64,000 bases of DNA. Origin: Bacteroidales bacterium (GTDB lineage Bacteria; Bacteroidota; Bacteroidia; Bacteroidales; F082). Below are positions 47,594 to 56,841 of this stretch, piece by piece (position 1 is the first letter of the stretch; every line of letters starts with the position of its first letter). Below the pieces are notes generated by a model that was not told where the DNA came from, made no database searches, and worked only from the letters and a program-made list of their open reading frames with translations. The stretch is taken from positions 191 through 64,190 of the forward strand of contig JAFSJF010000142.1 of the NCBI GenBank assembly GCA_017439405.1, written 5' to 3'. The position numbers and the translations under genes were made by a program.

Positions 47594-49378
47594 TTATTGA
47601 TTGCCCACTAATTGTTTGATGGTTTCATAGTGCGGTATGTTGTTGTTTGTACACACGAAAGAAAGTCTAACGAATACTTCTCGGTCATTCTCGTCAAATC
47701 CCAAGCACATGGAAGCATTTTTGCATATATTAGCAATTACTGGGATGAGGAGTCGCTCTCTTTCCATCAGCGGGAAAAGATTGATATTCGCAAAGTCATC
47801 AAAAACAATATGAAGATTTTTGTGTTTGGATAGCCTTTTCCATCTATACACATATTCCTTAATAATTGAAGTATACTCTTCTGCCCAGATGCAGCCCAAA
47901 CTTGTTTCCCAATAGTGAATATTTCGTAAAGCGAATTCCGACAAGTCATATTTCTGAATTATTCTTCTAAAATGCTGTTCTGTCTTGCCCAATAGAAAAA
48001 CAGCAATAGTTGTATCATTTTGTTGTGCCTGTCTCGATATTTCATCGAACAATCTGTCATACCCCTGTTTGTCGATCAAATTGATACTATGCGTTATGTT
48101 TTGGGCATTATATGAAACAGTTTTTTCGCTATGGTCTGACATCACATCATTAATAACATTGGCAAACCTGATTGGCTTGTCCTCCATCTTTTGTGAGCAA
48201 TTATATCGAAATCTATTAAGCAATGATTGAGGGTATCGCAAATTACCTTGTTCAAGTCGAAGGCCTGCGTTGTCGGATGAAAAACGTCTGGTAAGCAGTG
48301 AGTGCATACTAGGATATATCTTCACACTTAAATCTCTCAATTTGCGGTATTTATGCCATCCATGAACATGCTGTTGAAGGTCGCTCTTTATAATTTGAAG
48401 CTCATAATATGTGTATTCGGCTGCCTTGTCTGTGTTGCTTCGCATATTAATGATAATGTCAGCGTTTAGATGAAGCGTTCTTCCTCGCTTGTCAAGTACC
48501 AATATGGATACAGCCGATGTCTTTCTCAGTTTTAAAATAAGGTCAGTGAACGGTAATCTTTCAAGTTCGTCATCTCTGAAAGCTGTAAAACCCTCTATTA
48601 CATAAGAACTCCATACAAATCCCACTTTATCATCGCACGAGGTCGTTGCAAGGTTTTCGGCCTTATCTGTTATCTCTTTTTGGAAGTCTTTAAATTGGCG
48701 AATGGCAATAGATGTGTAACTATTTGAAACGAAATCATCTTTGTTTTGGTCAAAAATATCTTTTTTGTCAATGGCATCATCTTTCAAATAAGCCAAAAGG
48801 TTGTCGGAGTTGCTAGTATCTCCGTATGTCCAGTGCATAGATTGCGACCGGTCACTATAATTGATAATTTCATGACGTAGAAGTTTACATATAGGACACG
48901 AGACTATCTCAGAGGCATCACAATCTTGTTCGAATGATGGGCAAGTACTTACAAGACCATTCAACTTCTCTCGCATATCGGGGAAATATTTGCAAAGTTT
49001 GCACCTATGAGTTGCATCTGCCTTGATGTTTGGCAGTTTTATATCGTCAATCATTTTACCCACCTCAAGGCCTATGTATTTTTTCATCAACTCGCTTTCG
49101 CGCTGGTTCAATGTTCGATATTTTGGAGACATTTGATAATCCTTACCATACAATCTGGCGAAATAATCGTCAACTCCACGCATAATCTGCATAGCCAGAT
49201 CGGATTTACTGATGCCACGATCTCCATATATCACAATGCATATTCCATCCCTGCTCTTGTTTTCTCCTCGCTTGCCAGGCAAACGCAATCCTCCATAAAA
49301 CAGGTCGTCAAACCCCGAGACCCCTGTGATTATTTTGTCAATGTCTAATATACTATTGTTTTCCATATTACTTTTCAT
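47594..49378 (-). CDS. KaiC/RadA-like double RecA-fold ATPase with inserted Cys-rich zinc-ribbon module
   Basis: ITGVSGFDDLFYGGLRLPG..CIVIYGDRGISKSDLAMQI is a KaiC-type N-terminus with a Walker A-like GDRGISKS. The insert carries CKLC..C..C..CPIC. The KaiC-like strand YELQIIKSDLQQHVHGWHKY is present. The second half (IAVFLLGKTE.., HIVFDDF..) looks like a degenerate second RecA domain. Confidence 0.6.
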   Translation of the reverse strand: MKSNMENNSILDIDKIITGVSGFDDLFYGGLRLPGKRGENKSRDGICIVIYGDRGISKSDLAMQIMRGVDDYFARLYGKDYQMSPKYRTLNQRESELMKKYIGLEVGKMIDDIKLPNIKADATHRCKLCKYFPDMREKLNGLVSTCPSFEQDCDASEIVSCPICKLLRHEIINYSDRSQSMHWTYGDTSNSDNLLAYLKDDAIDKKDIFDQNKDDFVSNSYTSIAIRQFKDFQKEITDKAENLATTSCDDKVGFVWSSYVIEGFTAFRDDELERLPFTDLILKLRKTSAVSILVLDKRGRTLHLNADIIINMRSNTDKAAEYTYYELQIIKSDLQQHVHGWHKYRKLRDLSVKIYPSMHSLLTRRFSSDNAGLRLEQGNLRYPQSLLNRFRYNCSQKMEDKPIRFANVINDVMSDHSEKTVSYNAQNITHSINLIDKQGYDRLFDEISRQAQQNDTTIAVFLLGKTEQHFRRIIQKYDLSEFALRNIHYWETSLGCIWAEEYTSIIKEYVYRWKRLSKHKNLHIVFDDFANINLFPLMERERLLIPVIANICKNASMCLGFDENDREVFVRLSFVCTNNNIPHYETIKQLVGNQ

Positions 49379-50384
49379 TAGCTGTTAATTCCTCTAATAT
49401 TTGATGATAGAGGTCCTGATATCCCTCTGCATCATTGACAATGCATAAATGCTGAGACTCATAATATTCAGTTTTCAATCTTGACAGGAGTTCGCCATCT
49501 GGATCATCGCGTCCGCCTCTAAGCCAATAAACTCGTTCACTATTGTTTTCAAGTTTGGCATGACGTAAAAGACGTGCGGTTGTCATGTCATCTAATGAGA
49601 GGCCAAGTATGATACATGTGTGATGTGTTAGAAAGTGCAGTTGTGTCGCATTCTGCCAAGAATACACGTCTTTGCTAAGTTGGTAAAATTCTTCGTCTGA
49701 CAATACAATATAATTGCTCTCTTTACTAGGCAGCATTTCAGAAGGCGGAGGAATGTAACCATGAACATGATAGATAAAAAAACAATTCTCATTGTAAGGT
49801 TCTTCTTTCCATCCTGCGTATACATCAAGGGGAATCATCTTTCTTCTTGTTTCACTATATGACATTCCTCTATTATCCAACAATATCTTAATGGCCTCAG
49901 AAAGAAAGTTGTTATAATTCTGAGTAATTACTGTACGGATTGATGTTTGCCTAAGAATGAAATCGGCAATAGAGAATAAGGATCCAAATGGAACTTTTTT
50001 TAGGTTTTCAACGGTCGGATTGTCTTTATACTGCTTAAACTTATCATAGGATTTAGTAAGGATTCTCCTGTTGCACCTCGTATAAAGCCAATTGCGAATA
50101 ATCGGAATATAGCTGTTTCCCAATCTATTTTTTAAAATAGCAGCTTTCAGAGGAGCATTTGCCAAATTGTTCAAAGTGTTTTTTTCCTCATTATTAATAC
50201 AAGCAGCCTCTGTTAACTCTTCTAATAGATATTTCCACGATAATGTTTTACCTCTTAATCCATCAAATTCATGTCCTTCTGGATACACACTAGAAAAGTC
50301 AGTGCCTGCACCAAGGAACAAAGCCATCGCTTTGTTATCTCTAATATCCTTTTTCAGTTCTTCTATATTCTGACTCGGGAACAT
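49368..50384 (-). CDS. SIR2_2-family (ThsA/DSR-type) putative NADase
   Basis: The motifs are ALFLGAGTDFS (GAG), VITQNYNNF (TxNYD-like), FIYHVHGY (catalytic His), IVLSDEEFY and IILGLSLDD. The start MFPSQN is at 50384. The first 86 codons of ORF 49368..50642 cover the promoter region and are rejected. Confidence 0.7.
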   Translation of the reverse strand: MFPSQNIEELKKDIRDNKAMALFLGAGTDFSSVYPEGHEFDGLRGKTLSWKYLLEELTEAACINNEEKNTLNNLANAPLKAAILKNRLGNSYIPIIRNWLYTRCNRRILTKSYDKFKQYKDNPTVENLKKVPFGSLFSIADFILRQTSIRTVITQNYNNFLSEAIKILLDNRGMSYSETRRKMIPLDVYAGWKEEPYNENCFFIYHVHGYIPPPSEMLPSKESNYIVLSDEEFYQLSKDVYSWQNATQLHFLTHHTCIILGLSLDDMTTARLLRHAKLENNSERVYWLRGGRDDPDGELLSRLKTEYYESQHLCIVNDAEGYQDLYHQILEELTANEK

Positions 50385-50442
50385 TATGCCTATCTGTCTA
50401 TTCCTATGAATTTTGAAATAAAAATGTACAATTTTTATGCTG

Positions 50443-50450
50443 CAAATATA
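50443..50450 (-). promoter_or_regulatory. -7 box TAtaTTTG for the SIR2 cassette
   Basis: The reverse complement of caaatata is TATATTTG, 59 nt upstream of ATG 50384. Confidence 0.45.
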
Positions 50451-50611
50451 ATGAATAATTGATTTAGCTCTACAAAAAAAACTTATTTTCAAAATTACTA
50501 CTACAAATGATACAAAATACAATCGTAGCAGGGTAGCATAAATAACGAAAATGAGCAACTGAACAACTCCTAACTGATAACTCCTATAATAAATACGGCA
50601 AACTTGCAGAA

Positions 50612-50658
50612 TTTTTTGGAAAAAAATAAAGCCAAGAAGCACTTTTGCGTTCCTTGGC
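50612..50658 (-). terminator. clpB intrinsic terminator (right copy of the island-flanking repeat)
   Basis: The minus-strand RNA has GCCAAGGAACGC-AAAA-GUGCUUCUUGGC followed by UUUAUUUUUUU. It lies 26 nt after the clpB stop. Confidence 0.65.
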
Positions 50659-50683
50659 TTTTCAATCGTATTGGCAAAGGCTT

Positions 50684-53272
50684 TTAATTCCTGAAAACCA
50701 ATCCCTCGCCGTTCACGTCCACGATGATGGTCTTGCTCTTATCCACCGACTCGGCCAGGATCATCTTCGAGAGCGAGTTGAGCAACTCACGCTGCATCAT
50801 ACGCTTCACAGGACGCGCACCATACTGCGGGTTGTAGCTCTGGCGGGCGATGAAGTCGACGGCGGCATCGGTGATGTCGATGCTGATGTCGTTGGCCTTC
50901 AGCATCTTCTGCACGCTGCGGAACTGCATCCTGACGATGTCGGCAATCTGGTTCTCGTCCAAAGGCTTGAACATGATGATGTCGTCGACACGGTTCAAGA
51001 ACTCAGGCCGCATGAACTGCTTCAGTTGCTCCATCACCTCGTTGCGGGTCTTCTCGAAGACTTCCTCGGCGTTGGCATCGGTCAGGTGGGCGAAGTTGTC
51101 CTGGATGATGTTGGCGCCAATGTTGGAGGTCATGATGACGATGGTGTTCTTGAAGTCCACCGTACGTCCCTTGTTGTCGGTCAGACGACCATCGTCCAGC
51201 ACCTGCAACAGGATGTTGAACACGTCGGGGTGAGCCTTCTCTATTTCATCCAACAGGATGACGCTGTAAGGCTTACGGCGCACGGCCTCAGTCAGTTGGC
51301 CACTCTCTTCATAGCCCACATATCCTGGAGGCGCTCCGATGAGTCGCGACACTGTGTGACGCTCTTGGTACTCCGACATGTCGATACGCACCATGGCGTT
51401 CTCGTCGTCGAACAGGAACTCAGCCAAAGCCTTGGCCAACTCGGTCTTACCCACACCCGTGGTACCCATGAAGATGAAGGAACCGATAGGACGTTTGGCA
51501 TCTTGCAGACCCGCACGGCTACGACGGATGGCGTCGCTCACGGCAGTGATGGCCTCGTCCTGACCCACCACACGCTTGTGCAGCTCGTCTTCGAGGTGCA
51601 GCAGCTTCTCACGCTCGCTCTGCATCATCTTGTTGACCGGGATGCCCGTCCAACGCGACACAATCTCAGCCACATCGTCGGCCCCGACTTCCTCGTCCAC
51701 AAGCGGATGGTCGCCTTGGGCCTCACGCAAGTCGGCCTTGGCCTTCTCGATGGCAGCCTCAGCCTCGCGTATCTTGCCGTAACGCAGTTCTGCCACACGG
51801 CCATAGTCGCCATCGCGCTCAGCCACCTCGGCTTGGTGCTTGTAGGTCTCGATGTTGCTCTTTTCCTTCTGGATGAGTTCCACGTAGTTGCGTTCGGTCT
51901 CCCACTTGGCCTTGATGGCGGAGCGTTTGTCGTTGAGTTCGGCAATCTCCTTCCCTATCTCCTCCACCTTCTTGGTGTCGTTCTCGCGCTTGATGGCCTC
52001 ACGCTCGATCTCCAACTGGCGGATGGCGCGTTCCACGTCCTCAAGCTCCTCAGGCATCGAGTCGATTTGCAGCCTCAGTCGCGAGGCGGCCTCGTCGATC
52101 AGGTCGATGGCCTTGTCGGGCAGGAAACGGTCGCTGATGTAACGCACCGAGAGTTGCACGGCGGCGATGATGGCCTCGTCCAAGATACGGATGTGGTGGT
52201 GGGTTTCGTAACGCTCCTTCAAGCCACGCAAGATGCTGATAGCCGAAGCCTCGTCAGGCTCGTCAATCATGACCTTCTGGAAACGACGCTCCAACGCTTT
52301 GTCCTTCTCGAAATACTGCTGGTATTCCTTCAAGGTGGTGGCACCGATGGCACGCAGCTCGCCACGGCTCAGGGCCGGCTTCAGGATGTTGGCCGCGTCC
52401 ATAGCGCCTTCGCCACCGCCTGCGCCTACCAAGGTGTGGATCTCATCGATGAACAGGATGACCTCGCCATCGCTGTCGACGACTTCCTTGACGACGTTCT
52501 TCAAACGTTCCTCAAACTCGCCCTTGTATTTTGCGCCGGCGAGCAAGGCACCCATGTCCAAGCTGAACACGGTCTTGCTTTTCAGGTTCTCAGGCACGTC
52601 GCGGTTAACGATTCGCTGGGCCAAGCCCTCCACGATGGCGGTCTTACCCACACCAGGCTCACCAATTAATATAGGGTTGTTTTTGGTGCGTCGGCTCAGG
52701 ATTTGCAGCACACGACGGATTTCCTCGTCACGGCCAATCACGGGGTCGAGCTTGCCTTGTTGGGCCAACTCGTTCAGGTTCTTGGCGAAGCGGTTCAGGC
52801 TGTCGTAGTTCTGTTCGGCATCCTGCGAGTCCACTTTCTTGCCCTTGCGGAACTGTTGGATGGCCTTTTCGAGGTCATCCTTGCGGATGCCTTGGTCTTT
52901 CATCATCTGCGAGGTCATGCTGTTGCTCTCGAAGATGGCAAGCAGCAGGTGTTCGATGGAGACGTACTCGTCGCCCATCTTCTTGGCCAAGGTCAAAGCG
53001 TCGTTGAAAACGCGGCTGACCTCGGAGGAATAGTACAATTCGGTGCCGCTTGAGCGCGGTTGCGACTTGATGGTCTGGTCGAGGGCCTCGTTGAGCCGCG
53101 TCATGTTGACGCCCAACTTTTTCATCAGGTTGGGCACCAAGTAGTCGTCGCTCAGGATCATGCCCTTGAGCAGGTGGAAGCTCTCAATCGTCTGGCTTTG
53201 GTGCGACTGCGCGATTTCCATGGCCTTGTTGATGGCTTCCTGCGATTTGATTGTGAATTGGTTGAAGTTCAT
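50684..53272 (-). CDS. clpB: ATP-dependent chaperone ClpB
   Basis: 862 aa. It has a Clp N-domain, two AAA+ modules ([30 protein letters not shown]) and a long coiled-coil middle domain. The + ORF 50645..52669 is an antisense shadow. Confidence 0.96.
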   Translation of the reverse strand: MNFNQFTIKSQEAINKAMEIAQSHQSQTIESFHLLKGMILSDDYLVPNLMKKLGVNMTRLNEALDQTIKSQPRSSGTELYYSSEVSRVFNDALTLAKKMGDEYVSIEHLLLAIFESNSMTSQMMKDQGIRKDDLEKAIQQFRKGKKVDSQDAEQNYDSLNRFAKNLNELAQQGKLDPVIGRDEEIRRVLQILSRRTKNNPILIGEPGVGKTAIVEGLAQRIVNRDVPENLKSKTVFSLDMGALLAGAKYKGEFEERLKNVVKEVVDSDGEVILFIDEIHTLVGAGGGEGAMDAANILKPALSRGELRAIGATTLKEYQQYFEKDKALERRFQKVMIDEPDEASAISILRGLKERYETHHHIRILDEAIIAAVQLSVRYISDRFLPDKAIDLIDEAASRLRLQIDSMPEELEDVERAIRQLEIEREAIKRENDTKKVEEIGKEIAELNDKRSAIKAKWETERNYVELIQKEKSNIETYKHQAEVAERDGDYGRVAELRYGKIREAEAAIEKAKADLREAQGDHPLVDEEVGADDVAEIVSRWTGIPVNKMMQSEREKLLHLEDELHKRVVGQDEAITAVSDAIRRSRAGLQDAKRPIGSFIFMGTTGVGKTELAKALAEFLFDDENAMVRIDMSEYQERHTVSRLIGAPPGYVGYEESGQLTEAVRRKPYSVILLDEIEKAHPDVFNILLQVLDDGRLTDNKGRTVDFKNTIVIMTSNIGANIIQDNFAHLTDANAEEVFEKTRNEVMEQLKQFMRPEFLNRVDDIIMFKPLDENQIADIVRMQFRSVQKMLKANDISIDITDAAVDFIARQSYNPQYGARPVKRMMQRELLNSLSKMILAESVDKSKTIIVDVNGEGLVFRN

Positions 53273-53367
53273 ATTTCGTTTTTCCTTTCTGATTTTCGCA
53301 TTTGAAACGCCCGGACTCCATCAAAATCCTAACCAATTCCGCTTTGGCGAAATTTTGGCTTAATTTA

Positions 53368-53422
53368 TGACAAAATGACAGAGAATTAAAGGTTTAAGCA
53401 TTAGTTTCGTGACAAAATGACA
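53368..53422 (-). promoter_or_regulatory. Two copies of tgacaaaatgaca 42 nt apart upstream of clpB (candidate operator)
   Basis: Exact 13-nt direct repeat at 53368..53380 and 53410..53422, 96-150 nt upstream of the clpB ATG. Confidence 0.3.
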
Positions 53423-53492
53423 ACAAACAACCATATCCATCTGTTATTTCATATCAACGATGGATTGTATGCTGTCTGACTCTCAAATATAC

Positions 53493-53892
53493 CTATGCCT
53501 GCAAATAATCCAAGTCGCCCAACATACGAGTGATGACGTTGCGGAAATCCACCTTGAAACCTTCGTTTTGCTGGTACTCTTTGTATAACGACATGTCGCC
53601 CTTGCGCTTTTTGCGGATGATACGGTCGATGATTTGCACCATGAGGGCATTCACGGCTTGCTGGTCGGGATTGCCCACCACCAGCGATTTGTAGTCTTCG
53701 TCTTCAGCCACCGCCTGTGCAACGCTTATCATCTTCATTTTCTGGTCGTCAGGGGTGGCATCGTTGCGCATCGGGCGACTGGGTGTCCACGTCGTTCTGC
53801 CCATTGGCCATGCGTTCCTCATGGGTGCTGCCCACCAAGGCTTTTTCTATCAGTGCCTCGAAGGCTTGTTCGTTGGTTTTGCTGGTGTTCAT
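53493..53892 (-). pseudogene. hsdR: Type I restriction enzyme R subunit remnant (N-terminal ~45 codons joined out of frame to C-terminal ~85 codons)
   Basis: From ATG 53892 the sequence reads MNTSKTNEQAFEALIEKALVGSTHEERMANGQ.. and stops at 53749. ORF 53493..53822 ends ..LYKEYQQNEGFKVDFRNVITRMLGDLDYLQA. The helicase/nuclease body (about 2.5-3 kb expected) is absent. The assignment is by context and end-motif resemblance. Confidence 0.45.
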
Positions 53893-54404
53893 TTTTCCGT
53901 TTTTAATATAAGCCAACGACCTCCTTTATTAGGACCATCGTGACGTATGTAACCTAATTTCTGTAGCACTGACAAATCTCTTTTAATTGTAATAATTGAT
54001 ACATTAAAATATGCAGATAAAGTCCCTGCATTTTCGGTATCATTTATGGTATCATTTATGGTATCATTTACCATGATACCTTTCTTGCTTGTATCAACAA
54101 GCCTATATAATATTTTAACCTGTCTTTCAGTTAGTTGATTATTATTTTCTAGGACATTTCCTACGACATTTTCTAGGACGTTTTCTACGACATCCCCATC
54201 CTCAGCTTCGCCCTCTTCAGGTATCCCATTGTAAGGCACAATCATACGGATATAGTTGCCGCCGAACTCAAAATTCTTGCGTCCGTATATGCGCATAATG
54301 CCGCCTTCCCGGTAGTTGAGAAACGCCACCACCTCACGCTCCAAATCAAGCTCGCGCGTCAGTTCCCTCTTAAATTCTATGCGGTTGGTCTCTGTCATTT
54401 GCAT
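53889..54404 (-). pseudogene. AlbA_2/Schlafen-type putative DNA-binding regulator, apparently internally deleted; C-terminal wHTH retained
   Basis: The N-terminus TETNRIEFKRELTRELDLEREVVAFLNYREGG jumps directly to a C-terminal-type segment. It is 171 aa, whereas I expect more than 400 aa for this family. Low-complexity VENVLENVVGNVLEN and INDTINDTINDT tracts are present. Confidence 0.4.
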
Positions 54405-54431
54405 CTATGTTCATCTTTGCAAAAATAGCGC

Positions 54432-54550
54432 TTTTGTCGAATCCCCCAAAATTTTTTCGCCCGTTTTGTCGAATCCCCCAAAATTTTTTCGCCCGTTTTG
54501 TCAAATCCCCCAAATTTTTTTCGCCCGTTTTGTCAAATCCCCCAAAATTT
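54432..54550. repeat. 3.7 x 32-nt intergenic tandem repeat (ttttgtcgaatcccccaaaattttttcgcccg)
   Basis: The copies are at 54432-54463, 54464-54495, 54496-54527 (3 substitutions) and 54528-54550 (partial). The + ORF 54407..54616 is merely its translation. Confidence 0.9.
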
Positions 54551-54555
54551 CCCTT

Positions 54556-55806
54556 TCATCCCACCTTCACCTTTCCAGTCACCACTTCATTGATGATAAT
54601 CTGCTTCCGCTCCTGAAGAAGAGAAATCATATTGTTTGCCTCATCAATCGCTACATCTATCTTACTTGTCCGTTTGCTCAAATAATCCAAAATTACCTTT
54701 TGCTCTTCTAATGGTGGAATCGGCAGTTTTACGCAATTCAAATTGGCCTAACTTAACTTTGGTTGAGCCGAACCCGTTATGAACAATGTATAGTCAGCCG
54801 CCTCCATCACATAAGCCAAATAGTCATAATCATCTCTAATAGGTTTGAGAATATGAGCATGATTATTGACCCAAAACTTACCTTCTGCTTTATAAATTAT
54901 TGGCAAGTTCCTCATTAGCAGATTCGCTCCATCTTCGCCAATCAACAAAACCTTATCATCAACATTATAATAGTCAATTTTGTCAATAACTCCAGATGCT
55001 CCATAATAATCGTACTGTGGATTATTCCGAGAGCGTTGGTCTGCCGTTATTGGCATTCTCAATTTATCCAAATTGTAAAATAGATACCTATATGGCAATA
55101 GTTTCCAATGTTCCGGCACCTCTCCGATCCATTCCACGCCGCTGTCCTTCATGCGGGCGTTGGGGTTGAGACCACGGGTTACGGCACGGTTGATGATAAT
55201 TTGCTTGCGCTCGTTCAAGAGGTCTATCATCTTCTGCTGCTGCGCTATGGCGGCGTCTATCTTCGAGGTGGCGGTGTCGAGGTAGTTGGCGATGGCGGCT
55301 TGCTCTTCAAGTGGCGGCACGGCAAGTTTTATCATCTTCATTTCATCGTATCGCGTTGTCCACAAATCCGCAACAATACCTCTGCCATTCCTATAGTATT
55401 CTTCAATAAACTTGTATGATTTCAATAAATAGTTCGAGAAATCAGCCCTTATCGTATTTCGTGGTTTCAATACTATGTTAATCAAAGATACAGAGCCATC
55501 CCTATCAGCAACCCCACTTGAACCTTTTCTATCCGAACGACTATTTATCACAAAATCACCTTTCTTCACCAGTTTTCGGTTGTCACCATCGTTAGTTTTA
55601 GCAACATTTTCCCATTGTGGGAAAACACCCAGCTTGGTTACAGACAATGGTTCGTATTCTTTATCAGAGACTTTCACGCGTCTTTCTGTGAAATAACTGG
55701 CAAGTCGCTTCACTTCCCAATGGCTTGGAATCTCCCCGAGCCATTTCACGCCGCTGTCCTTGTATGTATCGTATCGTTGCATGGCTATTTCTTTATAATC
55801 TTCCAA
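54556..55806 (-). pseudogene. hsdS: Type I R-M specificity subunit interrupted by an in-frame TAG
   Basis: ORFs 54748..55806 and 54556..54741 are in the same frame: ..GSAQPKLS*ANLNCVKLPIPPLEEQKVILDYL... It has two target-recognition halves with the conserved PPLEEQ..I..YLD spacers. The likely start MQRYDTYKDSGVKWLGEIPSHW is at 55782. Confidence 0.75.
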
Positions 55807-56837
55807 TATCCGGTTTTATTGCCGCCCACCCGCTCTATCAACATGGCCTCACGAAGCATGGCGATGTGCTTGCGAACCATTCGGTCACTAATATCCAAAA
55901 CCACACCGATTTCTCCAGCTGACCCGTATGGATTCGCCTTGATTTGCATATACACATCCCAAGTAGCATCGGATAATTCTGGATACATATTCCTTAGTTT
56001 ATTAGGAACTTTATTAGGAATTTTATTAGGAACTTCTTCCTGAACTTTATTAGGCAGCGGTTCCCCTTGGTGCGCCTTCAATGTCTTGAAGATTTCGGCT
56101 AACATAAAGTCGATGAACGGCCCCGACTGCCCTTGCTTGCTGCTCTCACCGATGGCATCGTAATAGGTCTGCTGGTTGGCATACACCATATTCTCAACAG
56201 GCAGATGCCCAAACAAAGGATGCAGTTTGCCAAGAATCAAGGATTGCCACAAGCGCCCCGTCCTGCCGTTGCCGTCAACAAAAGGATGGATAAACTCAAA
56301 CTCGTAGTGGAACACGCATGAGCGGATGAGCAAATGGTCCTTACTGTGTTTCAGCCAGTTGAAAAGGTCGCTCATCAAAACCGGGACCCTTTCGGCAGGC
56401 GGTGCCATGTGTACCAAGCCTTTTTCGCCAAACACGCCCACATTACCACGACGGTAACAGCCTGGCTGGTCAACCAAGGCTTGCATCATCACGCCATGAG
56501 CCTTCAGCAGGTCTTTCTCCTTGAAGGCGTCCAGCGTAGGATAAAGATTGTAGGTGGCGATGGCGTTCTTCACTTCCTGAATCTGACGGATGGGGGCCAC
56601 CACGGTCTTGCCATCGACAATGTCGCGCACCTCGTCCTCACTCAAGGTGTTGCCCTCAATGGCCAACGAAGAGTGGATGGTCTTGATACGGTTGGCCTTG
56701 CGCAGCCTCAAGCCGTCTTCCTGTTCAAGACGAATGGCATAGCGCTCTATCTGGGCCGAAATCTCTGCTATCAGATTGATGGCTTCCGCACTCACCGTAA
56801 ACGGCGGGACGTATGTTAAAGTTTCTTGCTTTGCCAT
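55785..56837 (-). CDS. fic: Fic/DOC family protein with C-terminal wHTH
   Basis: The intact Fic motif is HPFVDGNGRTGRLW. It is inserted between hsdM and hsdS. It contains a PNK(I/V) tandem tetrapeptide tract. Confidence 0.85.
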   Translation of the reverse strand: MAKQETLTYVPPFTVSAEAINLIAEISAQIERYAIRLEQEDGLRLRKANRIKTIHSSLAIEGNTLSEDEVRDIVDGKTVVAPIRQIQEVKNAIATYNLYPTLDAFKEKDLLKAHGVMMQALVDQPGCYRRGNVGVFGEKGLVHMAPPAERVPVLMSDLFNWLKHSKDHLLIRSCVFHYEFEFIHPFVDGNGRTGRLWQSLILGKLHPLFGHLPVENMVYANQQTYYDAIGESSKQGQSGPFIDFMLAEIFKTLKAHQGEPLPNKVQEEVPNKIPNKVPNKLRNMYPELSDATWDVYMQIKANPYGSAGEIGVVLDISDRMVRKHIAMLREAMLIERVGGNKTGYWKIIKK

Positions 56838-56841
56838 GGCG

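Larger units (their letters stand above)
34584..50630. mobile_element. Putative ~16-kb genomic island inserted at the 3' end of clpB (no integrase recognised)
   Basis: It is bracketed by the two terminator-hairpin copies. It is visibly AT-richer from about 38.2 kb onward, is enriched in pseudogenes, and has conflict-system-like content. Confidence 0.4.

Noticed and set aside
34584-50630. Search for an integrase, transposase, tRNA attachment site or conjugation genes that would define the island type
   Set aside because: I recognised none in any frame. The island call therefore rests only on the flanking repeat, composition and content.
50385-50642. Hydrophobic N-terminal 86 codons of ORF 49368..50642
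   Set aside because: It covers the AT-rich promoter region, including the TATATTTG box. SIR2 homology starts after MFPSQN at 50384.
50645-52669. 674-aa + ORF
   Set aside because: It is antisense to clpB.
54432-54550. Possible CRISPR array
   Set aside because: The repeats are contiguous, with no unique spacers between them. No cas genes are nearby.
54407-54616. 69-aa + ORF (and 54316..54711) with repeated SNPPKFFRPF peptide
   Set aside because: It is purely the translation of the 32-nt tandem repeat and is not a gene.
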